Assembly (NCBI GenBank): GCA_010093605.1
Contig: MU004197.1
Coordinates: forward strand, 620,001-684,000
Direction of reading: 5' to 3'
Source of the DNA: Lophium mytilinum
Lineage: Eukaryota
DNA length: 64,000 bases
Positions 36,451 through 47,495 of this stretch are shown piece after piece. The number at the start of each line of letters is the position of its first letter. Position 1 is the stretch's first letter. The notes under the pieces were generated by a model. It ran no database searches and had not been told where the DNA came from. It was given only the letters and a program-made list of their open reading frames with translations. The position numbers were made by a program, and so were the translations under genes.

Positions 36451-37415
36451 TTTCCAGAGCCTGCCGGGGCGCCCTAAGCAGTTGCAAAAGGTGCCCAACG
36501 CGGCTGCCTCCGCCTCGTCGTCTATGCTGCCAGCATTACCACAAGAAGAAGTTGGCCTGCAACGGCTCGTTTCCCTGCTCGGAGTGCGTGCTGATCCGGG
36601 AGACTTGTGTGTTCCGGAAGTGTCCTCGCTTCCATAGTACTAGGCATGGTGGTGATGGGGTCGGCAAGAAAGATAGGGTCTGCAAGAAGAATGACCGCAC
36701 TCCAGTGCATGGGGAGCTAGGTCTGGAGTAGAGGGGTGGAGGCTGGGGTGGTATCGTGTGGTTGGGGGATAGGGGTTGGGTGGCCTTGATTCTTTATACA
36801 TTTTACATCATGTTCTTTCTGCACGTGCATGATTGTCTTCCTCACCAGAAAACCTTCGGGTGGACTACTTAAGCCGGACTCGGTGCTTTATAGAGCTGTG
36901 GTTCTGAATGCCTGGAATGTGATGGTTGTGCTCTACAAGTCTTACATAAGGACCATTGGAAGGCATAAGGTTCCTTAAGTATACATTGGTAGAGAGTAGA
37001 TGCTTTCTGCGAGCAGTGATGACGTTGTCTGAGGTAGCCCAGTGCCTTTTGAGCATGTGCAAGATGATTAGTATTTATGTCCAGGATGGGCTGCGAAGCA
37101 CGAGAATAGAATGCGACGAGTTTTGGCGAAGGCGACAAGAAGGTAGTGGGATCTTGACGAATTCATCGGCAGAAACCCAATTTCCCTTTCGCACAGTGCT
37201 ATCACCGCCTGAGGTGGCCCGGCGTCTTGTCAGAATGCGCAAAACTGTCAAGAACTTCGTACAAGCTGTGGTGCAATGCTCGAAGCTATCTGCGAGCCTT
37301 TCTCTGAGGCGATTAGGAGGTGGCAGGGTCAAAATTCAAGAGCTAGGAATCAATTCTCCGATTGCATACGTACATCCCCCTTCTCTGCAACCCTACAGAG
37401 GTTGTGACAAGCACC

Positions 37416-39053
37416 TCAAATGGTATACTTGAAATGCGGATGTCTATATCCCAGCTTTCCTTCATCTCCTTCTGTGAGCCGCGAATCCCGTTGCCCCGTC
37501 TCGCGTTTCTTGTTCTCCCATTTGCAGTAGAGGATATTCGATGTGGAGAGTATGATGGAGAAGGCTAGCATACCGATATTGATGGCATGGCCGGTGTAGT
37601 AGCGCGGTCTGCAAGACGCAAGGCGTTAGAAGAATACCGTCTACATTTCGTAATGTGAAAAAGGGGGGCAGACTTACGCATCCTCTTGTAGATAAGTAAA
37701 CGTAGCAATAAAAGCTGCCATATTCCCAATCATGATCTGAGTCCCCGTACCAGTAGCTCGGACATAGTGGGGCGCGAGGTTGTTAGATAGCCAGCCCATT
37801 ACCAGCGGACTGCAGGGGAACACGCCGACGGCTACGAAAAAGGTGCCGCCGTAGCGAGTGTGAGGGTGAGGACTGGCTATGAGCATTATGTACCCAACGA
37901 TAGCGAGAGATGCGAGCCCAATCGCCAGGGGGCCGCGGACGCGGAGCTTATCAGAGCAATATCCAGTCAAAAGTACAGCGATGAACGAGCAGAAATTCGG
38001 CGGGACGGTCAGGAGCTGTGCCTTTACCTTGGTGAAACCGAGACCTTTGATGATGGTTGGGAGGAAGAGCGAGAAGGAGTAGATAGGCGTGATGATGGCG
38101 AAGAAGTTGAGGGAGAGAAAGACAGTATTCCAGTTAAAAATGGCTCGGCGCACCCAGTACCAGTCAAACTTCTCGTCCGCGACATCGGCGGCAGGTGCGG
38201 AGCCGTGTGCGTCGGAGCGCATTCGCGCAAGGGCTCCTTCATATTCTTCTTCGGTCAGGAACTTGACATCGCTGGGGGTATGTGGGAGGAAGAAGAAGGA
38301 TGTTATGCCGTAGGCGACTGTGATGGCGCCTTCTACGAAGAAGATAAAAGGCTAAGACATGTGAGCATTTGAGGCGCTGAAATTGCTCATGGGGAGACGT
38401 ACCCAGCCTTTGTAGCTTCCAGAGTTGATTTCCCCGAGTCCAGTTGCGAGTAGGCCGCCGAAAGCTCCACTTAGCGGTGCGGCGCAGTAGAACAGTGTGA
38501 TTCGATATAGCAGTTGATGTCGCCGGTAGAACATAGAAAGGTACACGATCATGCCACCTAGCAAGCCTGCTTCGCACAGCCCGAGAAAGAATCGAGCAAC
38601 TAGGAGACCTGAATAGCTCTTCACGAATCCAATGCACATGCTGACAAGTCCCCATGCTGTCACGAGGAACGGCAGGTAATATCCTGCCCTGAAGTACTTG
38701 AGCACCAAGTTGCTGGGCACATCATAGCAAACGTAGGGGACATAGAAGACCGCCAGCGCAATGTTGAACTTATTGGCATCGAGGTGGAGCTCATCAGCTA
38801 GACCATCGATTCGTGCGTTTCCTATGTTGCTTCGATCGATGAAGGCGAAGAGCCAGAATCCGAATAGCCATGGCACGAGATGCTTATCGAACTTGCGAGT
38901 GATTCGTTTGTCCAGCTCTAGGTCAATAGTAGCAGCACCTTCCCATGTCGTGTTGATCTTCTCGATATCAGACCGCTTTTCCGCATCAGCTGGCACGTAT
39001 TCAGGCTCTCTGTGGTCAATGTGTTCAGGTAGCGAGGAAGGTTTGGTATCCAT
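37416..39053 (-). CDS. MFS transporter, anion:cation symporter (Dal5/Tna1-like) family, exons 39053-38403, 38351-37678, 37608-37416, ~505 aa
   Basis: FIDRSNIGNARIDG, EVPSN-like DVPSN, RFFLGLCEAG, GWPFIFFVEGAIT and C-terminal HPHFKYTI. Confidence 0.93.
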
Positions 39054-39728
39054 GATGAAGCTAGGTAGAAAAGGAGGGAAGAAGTTGACTAAGACAGAAG
39101 ACGACGAAAGGGTGGGTGATCTTGACGAAAGCCAGTCTGTGCGACAGGCTCAGCCAGGTTCTTGTAGATAGATTGATCTCGGTGATTGGCCATCACGTGT
39201 GCTGCATCCTAGTAAACCTTCCCCGCAGTGCATTAGGAGCTCCCGGATGGGGACCCTTGGGCATCGTCATAGACGGCGATGGGGGTAGCATGCACAAAGG
39301 TTCCTATCATTCTCCGGTGATAGGTCACGAATGGCCTGTTGTTGCTTGCGATTCACCCGCTCGGTACCTACCTGCTCATTCGGGGCGCTACAGGTGACGG
39401 CCAAGAGCTATTGAGTGTCACAGCATCTGTGAGGGGAAACAAATGAGTGAGATCGGCAAGGATCTGCTTTGAAAGAGCGGCATTGAGCGGCGGCAGCTGA
39501 AAAAGCTCTACCTTCCTTGTGCCGTTAATTATTGGATCAGATTCGTGATAATAGTGAATGATCGATGCTAGAATAATGAAAACAACGTCGTGATAGGCAG
39601 TTTTGGTGTTGAGGTCGCGCCAAGCCAAATTGCGGGTCTTCCCGCGCTTCTCCAAAGCGACAAGACCTCTTGCTTTGACCTCACCTCTCGGTATCAAAGC
39701 CAATGATTACACGGACTCCGCTGGCAGG

Positions 39729-41035
39729 ATGCGGTTGACCGAAGATGAGATCTATCGGTCCTCTACTCAGTTCCGCCTTTGGTCATTTACGCCCGGGCCG
39801 CTGGCTTCGCTGCGCGCCACCACCAATTCTACAGCGACTCAACGCGTCAAAGCCGCTGTAAAACGTCTGAGAGAGTCGAGGACCCAGAGCGAGACTAACA
39901 GTGAAGCCGAGAATGGAACCTCCACGCCCGTCAACTTCAACCGGGAGCCGGACTGCCTCACCACAGAGGAGGAGATGAAGGTCGTAGAAGCCTTCTGCGA
40001 GAGGGCTATTAAACTGGGAGAGTTTCTGAAATTCCCCAGCAATGTGACTGTAAGCTTCCACAGCCTCGGTGGAAATCGTGTCTCTTCTAATCACGATCGC
40101 AATGTTAGGCTACTGGCGTACAATACATAAGGCGATTCTACCTCTTCAACTCTCCTATGACATACGAGCCCAAGTCCATAATGATAAGTGCACTGTTCCT
40201 TGCAAACAAGATCGAAGACAACAAGATGGAATGCAGCGACTATGCCAACAGCATACCGGGTACAACCAAAGAACAAGTGCTCGCTCCCGAGTTCCTCATC
40301 ACGCAAGCTCTACGCTTCACCTTTGATATACGACATCCGTTTCGTGGTTTGCAGGGAGGTCATATGGAGATGTTGGCAATAGCGCAAGGAAAAGCTGCTG
40401 TACTCCCATACGTTGAGAGAACAGCGGGTGAACTCCAGCAAGAGATGCTCAAACTGCCTATACTGCCTGGAGGCGTGGCTACCAAAATGTCTCAACATCA
40501 GGTCGAGAACCGACTCCTTGCAGCTACGGACAAAGCGAAACATACTTTGAGGTCCTCTGCCATACAGTCGGATGCTTACTTCCTCTATACACCCTCGCAG
40601 ATCTGGCTTGCAGCCTACCTCCTAGCTGACGAAGTCCTCGCTTTATTTTACCTCTCCACCAAATTCCCTAGCACCATCGACGCTGAGACTCCAACCGGCA
40701 TCGCCAAGTTGAAGGTCGTGGCGACTGTTAGGGCATGCGCCTCGGTTCTAGCACCAGACCCAGCTCTGCAGAAGTTGAGCAATGCCGAGAGGGACGCGAT
40801 GGTAAAGCAAGAAGTCAATGCAGTGAAGGCTATCCTTGTCAAGCTTCGCCACTGCCAAGATCCTGATAAGATGGATTTGGTGAAGCTCAACAAGGCGCAG
40901 AAGAGGGATGCTGGGGCAGAAGGTAAGCTAGAGGAGAGCGTTGCCAAGAGGCGAAAGCTAGAGCGAGAGAAGAATGAAAAGGAAGCCGATGAGTTCTGGG
41001 GTCCAGAACTCCCTAAGAATGGGAAGAAGGCTTAG
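39729..41035 (+). CDS. CCL1: Cyclin H / TFIIH kinase cyclin, exons 39729-40049 and 40109-41035, ~415 aa
   Basis: TEDEIYRSSTQFRLWSF N-terminus; RRFYLFNSPMTYEPK, LFLANKIE, EFLITQALRFTFDIRHPFRGL and DAYFLYTPSQI cyclin-box motifs. Confidence 0.92.
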
Positions 41036-41529
41036 GTCTACGCCTAGACTCATTGCAAGGCGTTTTGGATCTGGGGATAAGAGGTTGAGATAATATCTCC
41101 GTTGGGTAAGCATTTCAGGAGCTTTTCGGGGTCTGCAAGGTAGCCATCCCTTAGGCATGAATGGATTTCTACTATTTGCCTAAATCCTCTCATCTGCGCT
41201 AGCCAAGTGATATTTCACAGCCCTGGCGCGATCCTTGCCCGACTGGCGCCACTGTGAGGGGTGACTCAGGCAGCAGCTGTTGCATTGGTAAAAGAGTAGT
41301 CTGATTTCCACTGAGTTGGCTTTTACATCGTATCTGGAAATTTAGCAGCGTATTGGACTACCCCAAGCAGTCGCAAGAGGTACCCAAACTTAGATCTTGG
41401 TACTGTACGATTTGATGCCGAAGAAGGATAAGTCGTCACATGCTCCCTAGGCCAACTCCGATGTAATCACGGGTATCACGTGTCTGACGCGGAGCTTTCC
41501 TATAAAACCTTCCACTCCTTCCGCTATTC

Positions 41530-42790
41530 TTTCTCCAGATCATTAGCAGGCTCGAGGTTGTTCAACAGTTGGGATCGGCCTGGCTATGGGGACGGGGCTG
41601 TCAACATCGCAATCGTGGCTATGTATGAGCAGTGGCGGTGTCGGAGGATCAAAACCAAACCACACGACACACACATGGAGGGAGCAGAAGTCAGACCGGC
41701 CCTGGGTACCTCCACGAAGCTGATGCTCTGCACCATCCCCTCAACCTATTGTCCGCCATCATCATCCAGAATCGCATCTCTCTAAAATCTGCGCCACTCA
41801 TTCCTCTCCCTCATCACCACGCACTCCAACACCCATCCCTACAGAACGAAGAAGCACACCATCATCATTATCCCCCTTCCTCCCTCCACTCCTCACGCCT
41901 TCTCCCCACTCATTCGGCATGTCAACTGGGTGATTTGCACCCGCACCCTCTTCCCCTCTTCCCACCATTCGGTTTGCATGGAAAGGATTGTTGCACCCTC
42001 CCCATGGGTCTTTGCTATAGCTTTTGTTGATCCTCCACACCTATCACATTGTTGATACATCAGCGTTGGTGCACCATTTGTATCCCCCTCTAATGATGTT
42101 GATCCAGACACTGGGCTCACGTAATATCGGTTTATGTTATGCGTTTGACCCCCTGAATCTTCTCCTCCTCTCCTCTGCTCTGGAGGAAAGATTGAGAGGG
42201 GGAGGAGGTTATATACCAGATTTAGAGACGGAGACGGGTAAGAGACTTGGCGGGCACGTGGGATGCGGCAGAGCACGTGATTGGAAAGCGAGAGAAGGGG
42301 TATAGCACTCGTAGGGGAACGTGTGATATAGGCAGAGACCCAGAATTCCAATCCCCAGCATTCCCCATTACGTTCCCCGCTTGCTCGCCATCTCCCAGAC
42401 TTCGAGAATATGATACCAACACTATCACAACACTAGCCCATAAGTCTGGGCCCACTCCTTCACCACTGCATGGGGTCCCCCCGCGGGATTTCGAAAGCCC
42501 AGTGGCGATGTCGACGTGCAAGAACCGCATATTAGACTAGTTTTTTGCTGTCCGCTCCGCCTACTCCTTTCGTATCACCTCTACGTACAAGATCCCGCTG
42601 TCTGGAGTGGCCCAATTACGAGGCAACTAGCCGGTCAAGAGGGTGTCTAATATAGACTGCGTGGATATCGGGATGCGGCTACTCACTATAACTGAATAGA
42701 CGGGCCGGCTAGAAATCACTCTCCTCAGGACAAGGATCTTGCGAGCGGGATGCCACCGTCCGGAGTAGCTTGAGTAGGTCAGATTTTTTG
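41530..42790 (+). ncRNA. Candidate large structured ncRNA (~1.25 kb), class unassigned
   Basis: No credible ORF; more than ten long-range and local helices; TCACGTG (41476) and TATAAAA (41501) upstream; Sm-type ATTTTTTG at 42783-42790. Ends are inferred. Confidence 0.55.
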
Positions 42791-43834
42791 GGACAAACGG
42801 TAGCCTAGAATGCCAAAGCCCACCCACTCACACCCATAACCAAAACACTATTATCCTAATCTACCATTACACCCCCGTCATCCCTCCCAAAACGCCCAAG
42901 AACAAGAACACGCAAAAAGACAATCCAGTAGACATTTCATCTCATTGGTACTCGGTACTGTTGTTACAAAGTCCCTGCCACCCATCTCGCAATCTCGTTT
43001 TCCCGTGTCCGCTTCCGCTGTGCTGCTGCTCCAAACCCGCTTTACTAGAAACATCTCTCCCCGATAAAGAACATATGAAGTGTTATCCTAACCTCGCCGC
43101 TCGACTCCGCTCCGTTGGAGCTAGGATATATCATCCCCATCCCGTCGAATCTGTAGTCCTTCCACAATGCCGTCGTCGTTGCTAAGAGCCGTTCCATGCC
43201 GTTCATCCACACGAACGCATAGATGAACGACCAGCCCAGCCCAGCCCAGCGCGAAGCCACCGCCAAAGCGAAAGAGAAAAGACGGAAGTGAGAAGGTGGG
43301 AATACGCAATACAATACGCAATGCAATGCCTCCAGGAAAAATCATTGTCATACCTTTCTTTCCATCAAAACCAAAACAAACCCGGAATGTCATCTCCCAT
43401 CCACACCACCTCTCTGGTTCAGAAGAGAAACAAAAATCCAGATGCTGGTGTGTGGTTGACTCGCTCAGTTCCAGTTGCCACAATAGAATTATCCAGACGC
43501 CCCTCGTAATCGCATCCATGCCACCCGCATTTGTGTGTGTATGTGTGGGTGTGTGTACTCGCGCTCCGCATTGCCTTATCGAACCCAGGAAACTCGTTGC
43601 AAAAATTGATATTAAGGTGTTTTGGTATTGTGTTTTGGGGGAGGTCGAAGTCTTGTGGGTTCATGAAACGCCCGTATCCAGCGGATGTGTGAGTATGAGA
43701 GAGGTGGTTTAGTTGGAGTGAATCGAATATCCCACAATCCGCAGCCGGGCAGGAAATTAGCAAGAACGACGCTGGGCGCACTCTACTCGGTCCATCGAGA
43801 GCGCCAGAACCGTCCCTACTAACGTCAGCCTCGG

Positions 43835-45481
43835 CTATATCTCGACTGTCTTCAGATCGCCAACTTCACTGGCAATCCCGTTCTTGACGATCCCGTCTAT
43901 CTTCTTCGTGTCCTTATTCTCCTTCTCGCTACCGAAGCTCGTCCGGGGTGTTGAGCCCAGCAGGTCGTCGCTCGGTCGGGGTGTGTCAACGGACACGAGT
44001 TTCTCGACAGGCGTGCCGTTCCTAGGCCCTAGGTCGGTATGGACTCGAATCGGGGCTGGGTTCTCCTCCGCAACCCTCGCCAACGGGCTGGAGATGTGCG
44101 CTCTTGGGCTCGCCGTTGGCTTGGACTTCTGCGAGAAGCGTTGGGGGCTTCGTCCGCGCTCCTCGGCCGTGCTCGTTGTCGGGCTTGCGTAAGGACTGTT
44201 TGCGCTATGAGCACTGCCTGGCCCCTGGGACCCACCAACATTAGAATTAATATGTAACGCGGACTGCGGCCGCCTCTTTGGCCCACGCCGTCCGTACTTC
44301 TGATCGCAACGCCAGCGGAGGATCTCGAGGTAGGCTGGTTCGACGTTCTGGCGCTTGAACTCGCGCAGCTTGAGCTCGCCGCTGTCTTCGTCTACGAAGG
44401 GCTTGTCGGTCTCGAAATCGTCGGCGGCCATTGCGAGCAGGTGGGCCCATGAGCGTGCAACGACGTATTTGCAGTCGTAGTCGCGGCCGAAAATGATGAT
44501 CTGGCCCCATGTGCCAGCTGGTCCGGGCGCAAGATCAGTCGCCAGGTAGTTTCCTCCCCAGTCTCGAGCGAGAGGAATCCAGGCAGGATGAGCGTACGCT
44601 TTTTGGATTGCATTCGGAGGCTGGGACTCCTGGCGACTCTGCAGCTGTTCCCGCCAGAGGGGATTGGTCGATTGCTGTGCCGCGGGTGGAGGAGCCGCGG
44701 AGGACGAGGCACCGGCAAACGCCTTCAAGGGCGCTTGAGGAATTCGGATGTTGGGCTTCTTGGCAAGATACTCTTCGGCGACCTTTCGCCAGTTTTGCCA
44801 CTCGTGGACGATTTCCTCGCAGTCGAGCACCATGCAACTGAACAGCACGCCGGTGGGCAGGCCTCCGCGCTCCTGGCCGTCGTGTATTTGTAATGATTCG
44901 CGGACATCTTGCGGCAATGTGCAGTCCAGCTCGTGCTCGAGCTCGTTGACGTCGTTGGAGGTGCAGCCCTCGCAGAGGTTGTCGAACAGCTCCTCGTAGT
45001 GGGTTTCCAGCCAGCGCTCAATGCGGCCCCAGGAGTGTCCCAACGGCTGGGCCGGCGGCAGGCCTTCGTTGAAGTCACGCATGGGGATCTCGCCCGACGG
45101 GCTTTTGGCGTCGAAGGCCTCGGAGTCGGCGGTGTTTTGGCGGCTCAGCGAGGACCGCATTCCAGGGGAGTAGGGCGAGTGCGGCGACATAGGCCCCTTG
45201 GGAGAGCCGATGAAGCCATTGCTCATGGCCGGGTCGTCCTGGGCGTAGGAGGACAGGTCCACGCGTGATTCTATGCCCGTGGTCGCAACGGAGGTGAGAG
45301 GGGCGTGGCGGCTCTGGGGCAAGGGGATATGGCGGCCGGTGCGGTAGGGCGAGTCGTGGGAGGCATGGCGGTCGTTGGAGGTCATGGAGTGCCAAAAGGT
45401 CCGCATCGAGTCGGCGAAACTGCAGCACGGTGAGTAGGGAGTTTGGGAAAGGGATTTTTAGGGGAGGTCGCACCCTGCCAT
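43835..45481 (-). CDS. SMI1: Glucan synthesis regulator Smi1/Knr4, exons 45481-45474 and 45419-43835, ~530 aa
   Basis: FWHSMTSNDRHA N-terminus; Smi1/Knr4 domain (LEHELDCTLPQDVRES...HDGQE...WIPLARDWGGN...DLAPGPAGTWGQIIIFGRDYD). Confidence 0.93.
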
Positions 45482-47495
45482 GGCGGGCGACGGAGGTGCT
45501 GCAGCAGACAGCGTGTCGGCGTGTGGTGTTGACGGGGCCTAGGTGCAGTCGCAGAGCAGTAGCAGGCAGGAGAATGCAGCGATGGTGAGGGTGGTGAAGG
45601 GGGTTGGAGGTGTCGAGAAGTGAGAAGGGCGGTGTCGCGTTGGAGAGGATACTGGGAGAGAACCCTGCGGGATTGGCAGTGACGTGCGTTGGAAAAGGAG
45701 CTGGCGATGAATTGGGCCAAGCTTCGCACAAGCCTCAGGGCCAATCGAGCGTCCAACGGCCGTCAAATCGACGGCGAGGCTTGATGGCAGCAACGGGCGG
45801 CAATTGCTTGGTGCGAGGCAGAAAATGGACAACGCTGTCGCTGCGCTGGTCTGGTGTTGATGTTTCTGCGCGGTTGCTGTTTTGCATGCGGCGCTTGATG
45901 CATCCCAAATACCACTCGTCCACCACTCGCAGCATTCACTCCTGCAGCCGCCTCTAATCTACACGCCGCCACCATGCCGACCCTGTCCCGCCCGCATCTA
46001 CAGTCGATAAGTAGAGAAATACACACCACCCGGCACACATCTCTCCGTCCTCATGCCTCCTCGCGGACTAAAATAGGACGGCGATGCCCCCTCTCGCCTT
46101 CGTGCCCTGGCCACGCTCAAGTTGAAACACATCGCCCAGCGACGATCGGGAGGCAATCTCTGGCCGCTCATTGCAGGCCCAGCCCGAACTGCAACCGCCA
46201 TTCGCCGCTCGCTGGACGGTCCCTGGAACGCCGGCAGCCAAACCCTGCACCACCGCCAGAACCGCTCCAAACCGCTGCCGCCTGTGCCACACTCGCGAAC
46301 CGGCAGTGGCGAATCCTGCGAAAGAGGGGGGGGAAATGTGGAGAGGCGGTCGTCAGCAGCCTTGGACGCGAAGAGCCTCAGTTGGGAGCTTCGGTCACCG
46401 CGACGTCACTCCCGAAGTCGTTGTCGCACCGGGCGCAGAGCCGTGAGACATGTCATGTTGCCAGCGCGTTCTGCGGCATGAGACGAGGATGTTTGCGCTC
46501 CTTATCGTGATCCGGGGCAGCTAAGCAGCGTGTTCTATCGCGGGGTTGCGGGGCCGGCGAGGCTTCGAGCATGCTGGCTGCAGGTCAGCGGCGTGGATTG
46601 CTTAGATATGTAGGAAGTGCAGAGGAAGACGACGACGGTGACGCGTCTGAACACAGCCCTATCCGTGGTGCAGCTTGACGCGCTACTATCTTGTGGAGAG
46701 GTAGGATCTCAGACCCGGTCAATTGAGTTTATCAGCTGCATATGCGGTCAGAGGCATCGTTTCATTCATGATTGCTATGTAATACTAAGTATATGCTAGA
46801 TAGTAGCTGCAAATGCTAATGGCTATATTCAAGCTATGGATAAGAAGTTATATGCCTGCCGAGGATAAGTAGACCTAAGTTGTCTATGACCAACAACACC
46901 CTTTGAGACATGATATCGAGCGATCGAATTGGCAATGTGGAATTTCATCAGATTCTGAGAGCTTGTTGACCATGCTAGTTGTGCTGCCCGTGCAGTCGAT
47001 GTTCCCTCCGTCCTGCAGCCTCTTCATCGCAGAGTGCAACACCATCAGTGCATTTACCATCTTATCTTTCTAAGCCAAGCCTCACTCAGCCTGTGTCGGT
47101 TTCCGTGCAGCGGGAACCAGCTTAATCAAGTCGGCCATTTACCCGGAATCCTACAGCCGTCTCTCGGACAATTTGAGTTCCAAAGTCTCAGCCCCGTCTG
47201 CTATGCCATCCTCGCGGTCGCATCTATACGACGGTGATTGTGGCATGTGCTTCGAGGTGATGGCGCTAATTCCCCGGATCGTCGGGGCCCTGGACACGTG
47301 GGACGATCTGGTATCGAATACGAGGCCTTGGTTCCAAGCTCGCCATCAGTAAGCGCCGAGCTGAAATGACCGTCTCAGAGGGCAGCCTGTACGCCTGTCT
47401 CATTGGTCGCTGCGGGGTTTTTGTTTGAAGCATAGCTATCGCAATGCTCAGTTGGATTGCATGTTTCGAATAGATATTCATGCAACCGTTCGAAC

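Noticed and set aside
36869..37432. ORFs of 85-158 aa downstream of the MFS gene
   Set aside because: Mostly non-ATG starts, no recognisable motifs, and overlapping the MFS 3' region.
14859..42280. Several TCACGTG (E-box) occurrences
   Set aside because: About eight seen, close to chance expectation for a 7-mer on both strands of 64 kb.
42470..42500. tRNA T-arm-like GGGCTTTCGAAATCCC on the minus strand
   Set aside because: No D-arm/A-box, anticodon arm or acceptor stem.
41480..43781. Short overlapping ORFs between CCL1 and SMI1
   Set aside because: Low-complexity, no motifs and no splice model; better explained as ncRNA and SMI1 3'UTR with (CCAGC)n and TG-rich microsatellites.
45539..46510. 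Many overlapping ORFs upstream of SMI1
   Set aside because: Expected in GC-rich promoter/leader DNA; no coding signature.
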